A DNA stretch of 62,930 nucleotides, filler included, from Collodictyon triciliatum (lineage: Eukaryota): the NCBI GenBank assembly GCA_043381765.1. It is 5 parts of 5 records of this genome, joined end to end, with 100 filler letters (N's around TTAATTAATTAA, not from the genome) between each part and the next. Parts side by side here need not be neighbours in the genome. Positions count along the whole stretch, not along the records: positions 57,767 to 62,930 come from JBHJMP010000216.1; 4 more parts are not named here. One strand, 5' to 3'. Position numbers and translations under genes: made by a program. Positions 58,929-62,930 of this stretch are shown here, piece after piece; positions within the stretch are counted from its first letter, which is position 1, and each line of letters begins with the position of its first letter. The notes beneath the pieces are model-generated. The model was not told where the DNA came from. It saw only the letters and a list, made by a program, of their open reading frames with translations, and did not search any database.

Positions 58929-61900
58929 TATTATGGAGATTTCCATCCAATGTGACTTGGAAGCAGAGTTGGAAGAGATGGAACGACAACGAGTTGAAAA
59001 GGAAAAGAAGCTCGCCGAAGAACGAGAGCGTCAGCGAATCATACGTGAAGAACTTCGAAAAAAGCACGAGCTTGAGCAGCGGCGTGTCGAAGAAGAAAAA
59101 AGAAACAAGCTTGAGCAGGAGCGCATTGAGCGGCAAAGAGAATACGAGCAGCGCCGCAAGCTGCAAGAGCAGCAAGACCTCATCAAAGCCAAAGAACTTC
59201 AGTACAAGCTTGAGATGCAGCGCAAGAAGCTGGAGATCCAAACGCAGCGCAACAAGGAGGAACGCGACAAAATCGAAAAGGCCATCAAGGAGAAAAAAAT
59301 GGCTGATAAGCGCAGACGCGAGGAGGAGTTGGAACGCAAGAAGGAAACTACGGAGGTCTACAAACGCATGGCCGTGGCCCAAATGGATCAGATCAAGGCC
59401 ATTCTGGCGGCTGCTCCTCCACCACAAAAGCCCATCAGTGATGATGTACTTACACGGCGCGATGATGCAAGCCCAAGAAAATCTCGCATATCTCGCTCAA
59501 GTTCTCGTTCAAGTTCTCGTTCAAGTTCTCGCTCCAGTTCTCGCTCAAGTTCTCGCTCAAGTTCTCGTTCAAGTTCTCGTTCAAGTTCTCGTTCAAGTTC
59601 TCGTTCAAGTTCTCGTCCAAGTTCTCGTTCAAGTTCTCGCTCCAGTTCTCGTTCAAGTTCTCGTTCAAAATCATCATCATCCAAAGACAACTCTCCCCCA
59701 AAAACGACACCAGCAACCAGGCAGCCTTCTCTCCCACCAAATGCACCTGCTGCACAATGGCAGCAAAAGAACCCTGCAAACCGTGTTTCAGCCTCACTTC
59801 AGCAAATCCGCCCCAAATCATCAGTCTTCAAACTGACCCCTGCTGCGCCAACGCCCAAACAAGCACAGCTGCTGCCCGATACAAAGCACCAGCCCAGCGC
59901 AAAAGTTGTGCAGAAAAGCACGTTTAATTCTCTCCAAAGTGGCCTGCTTCAGTCAAAACCGACGAGGCACCTTGTCTGGCCCAAAGAAATCTTGCCTCCA
60001 GCCCTTCCCACAGACGTCCTTCCGCCCGGTGTTGATTCTGAGATTGCCCCAGACACGGCAGAGTTAGTGTCAATCCAAACTTTTGGCAACCAAAACACTT
60101 CATTCCTGGGAGCTTTTGTCGATGCGCCGTCAAAAATAACTGCGACTCCACCTCCGGTCCCTGTCCCTTTTGCGGAGAAGGAGGCTGATTTGGAGCGTAA
60201 CATACGCACACTCAAAGGCGAATCAAACATCCAAGCGAAAGAAACAGATACTCTCATCGCAGATGAATTTCTTGGGATACAAATGGTGTCTGATTCACAG
60301 GATATTCAAAATAGCTCGGCCAATCGAATCGCTACAGAACATACGGTAAGAGAGGAATACGTCGAGACCATCTTTAGTATGGATGGGCCGGTAGACACGA
60401 AGGAAAACAAAAAGCATCCAACGATTTCCGATACTTTAGTCGAGGAAAATGCAACAAAAGTTGCAGATGTAGTCGTCTCTTCTGTAGAGATTCCTTCGGC
60501 TCTTGACAAATCGAACTTGACACTGAGTGCTGATCTTGAGAAAGCCTTTGACCATGGTGCAAAAGCCCTCCAAGAACAAAAAACAACTCATGTCATTAGT
60601 CCGTCTGCCACAGATAGTGCTGCAATTCCAGCTCGACTGAATGATGAAAGTATACTTTTCACTGAGTGCCCGGCTCCTTCGACCCAAATTGAAGAACCGT
60701 TTGTTTCAACCTCTAATGAAAGTGGCAGTTTTTTAATGTCGGCAGGAAATGCAGAATCTTCCGAAAAAGATACTACAGATGTAGTTATTGACAAGTCGGA
60801 TGCAGTGGGGGAAATGCGTATTGCCCACATTGAACAACCTGTGGAAAGCAAGCCGGTCTATGTGGCACATCCACACGCCACCGAGGCAAGAAAGAGAGAT
60901 GTTATAGATGAAGAGATGATGCTCGATTATGGCGATCCGTTGGATGATTTTTCATTCAACACTTGTGCTGCGCACAAAGAGAGTCCTGATGAGCTTCAAC
61001 GCATTGGTATTTACTCTATTTATTTTTTATTTTTTCCAGGGCTTGTTAATATTTGTGGAGTATCTGTGAGATACACTATAAGGCTCTGTAAAATAACTCT
61101 GAAACTAATTTGCATCAAATGCGTACCTTATATATCTTGGCAGATAATCCGGCAACATCTGAGCCTATTAGCTGCATCCAGACTTTGTTTGTCGCATTTA
61201 CTGAATACTTTGATATTCAAATCTTACTATTTACTCTATCTGTATGATTATCATACCTGCATAGTACAAATAATTAAATTGAGTATATTTCAGCCACATA
61301 GCATGCCCGCAAGAAAAAGAACAAGAAGGCATATCTGCGTCTTCGAATTACCCAGCAGAAAGTACAGAAATATCTGGCGAGTAAATATATGTTTAAAAAA
61401 ATTATGAAATTTAGTTATAAATGACTCCAAAATGTAGTAGTCCCCTACCAAACAACCAGCCTTTCAGACACACCCCGTCGAAGTGGCACAGATGAAAAGA
61501 CTGAGCCTATCTGCCAACAACCAACCCTTCAAGACGGCGTGTAAAAGCATCTGCATTTATCGAAATACACTTCAAATACGCTTTGCAACACTAATCTACA
61601 AAAATAACATTCAAGCGAGCTGCCTGAAGTTGCCATGCAGACACAGGACGAAAATCAGCCCTCACAAATTCCAACGAAAGCTGCAATTGTCGGAGAAATA
61701 CCTGCCCAGCCACTGGGGAATGGCTCCACCTCGACGAACGCCCGTTTGCAATCAACAGTCAACGTAGCATTTCAAATGCCGGCTGCGCCCGCGAATCCTT
61801 TAACACCTGCAAATTATATGATGCCCGCAAATCCCATGACGCCCATGATGTCCATGTTTACTCCCGGTGCTTGTCTCATGTGCGGTCAGGTAGTTAAGTA

Positions 61901-61945
61901 CTTTGAGTTTTATTTTATTTTATCATTATTCTTTTATTCGTGATT

Positions 61946-62016
<71 letters not shown>

Positions 62017-62116
62017 NNNNNNNNNNNNNNNNNNNNNNNNNNNNNNNNNNNNNNNNNNNNNNNNNNNNNNNNNNNNNNNNNNNNNNNNNNNNNNNNNNNN
62101 NNNNNNNNNNNNNNNN

Positions 62117-62182
<66 letters not shown>

Positions 62183-62798
62183 TCTTCCTTTCAACTTTGT
62201 TCAGGACCGTGGGGGTAAAGGCTGGAACTATAAGAATGATGTCATTACATTTATTTTGATTACTTGTTTATACCAGCGGCAATTTTTTGAAATCATGACT
62301 ATGCGTAGGTTGGTGGGCATCACCCAACGTGCTTGGTAGGAAACCCACAGCTGCAACAATTATTGATGCTCCAGGTTTAATGCTTAATCGATATCTTCCA
62401 CTATATAATGAAAATTATCATGTGTTGATAAACATAGTGCTCATAAATGTTCAAAATTAGGTGTATTCACCCCGATAAAAAAAAAACATCTATTATACAT
62501 CCCACCCACCTTAACTCTCTGTAACCCGATGTCATCACCCCACAAAAGGCTCTGCAGCAGATGATTCACGGCATGAACCCCCTCCATGGCGGAATTGGGC
62601 TGCAGAGTCCTGTTTATCCGCAGCAGATGCCTACGTTCCACCAGAGCCCAACACAAAGCGCGACGCACTTGCACAGCCCGGTCCCGAGCCCCAATGTTCA
62701 ACTTCATCAGCAACTCCATCAACAACAGAGCCCCGCCACCGGCTCTGTGACTCAACAGCTTCCTGCCGTGGCCCAAAGCAGCCCCGAGACAACTGCAG
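58929..62798 (+). CDS. Hypothetical large protein: charged E/R/K coiled coil, (SSSR)n tract, long disordered region; extends beyond the window
   Basis: Open ~2.1-kb exon 58929-61006 (preceded by CAG, followed by GT) and further coding-like exons to 62798. The true start and the phases of the 3' exons are uncertain. Confidence 0.7.
59491..59667 (+). repeat. Coding 12-bp tandem repeat TCAAGTTCTCGY encoding (SSSR) x ~14
   Basis: Tandem units with mostly synonymous third-position variation. Confidence 0.93.
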
Positions 62799-62836
62799 GT
62801 TTCGATTCGACACAGCGCCACAAGTGCACCGTTGTT

Positions 62837-62930
62837 TTTTGTTTGTTTGTTTGTTTGTTTGTTTGTTTGTTTGTTTGTTTGTTTGTTTGTTTGTTTGTTT
62901 GTTTGTTTGTTTGTTTGTTTGTTTGTTTGT
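62837..62930. repeat. (GTTT)n microsatellite
   Basis: Perfect tetramer array running to the window end. Confidence 0.95.

Noticed and set aside
59388-59821. (ELER)n, (NLNE)n and (VQVL)n ORFs
   Set aside because: Alternative frames of the SSSR coding repeat.

Overview
Eukaryotic (protist-like), AT-rich, intron-dense draft genome. The window is a concatenation of five scaffolds joined by artificial N-TTAATTAATTAA-N spacers (25206, 34321, 49532, 57711), so adjacency across spacers has no biological meaning. Genes were rebuilt by hand from GT/GC-AG exons: a NUDT7-like CoA diphosphatase ending in -SKI, an HMG-box protein, a coiled-coil protein with a catalytically degenerate class III cyclase domain, an intronless GC-rich glutamine synthetase II, uracil-DNA glycosylase, an intronless 1152-aa LRR protein, two pieces of a DMXL/Rav1-like WD40 gene, an MABP beta-prism + DCR2-like metallophosphoesterase, NIPBL/Scc2, TDP1, a VIT-VWA protein and two low-complexity hypothetical proteins. 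The most interesting unannotated signal is a dispersed non-LTR retroelement family. It has three long 3'-end copies and about 9 ultra-short (15-28 bp) copies made only of the terminal (C)TTTGAATCGAATAAAGG(A)n, several with clear 9-17 bp target-site duplications. There is also a poly(A)-only insertion whose duplication regenerated a splice acceptor. Exon boundaries are manual and not confirmed by transcripts; no database searches were run.
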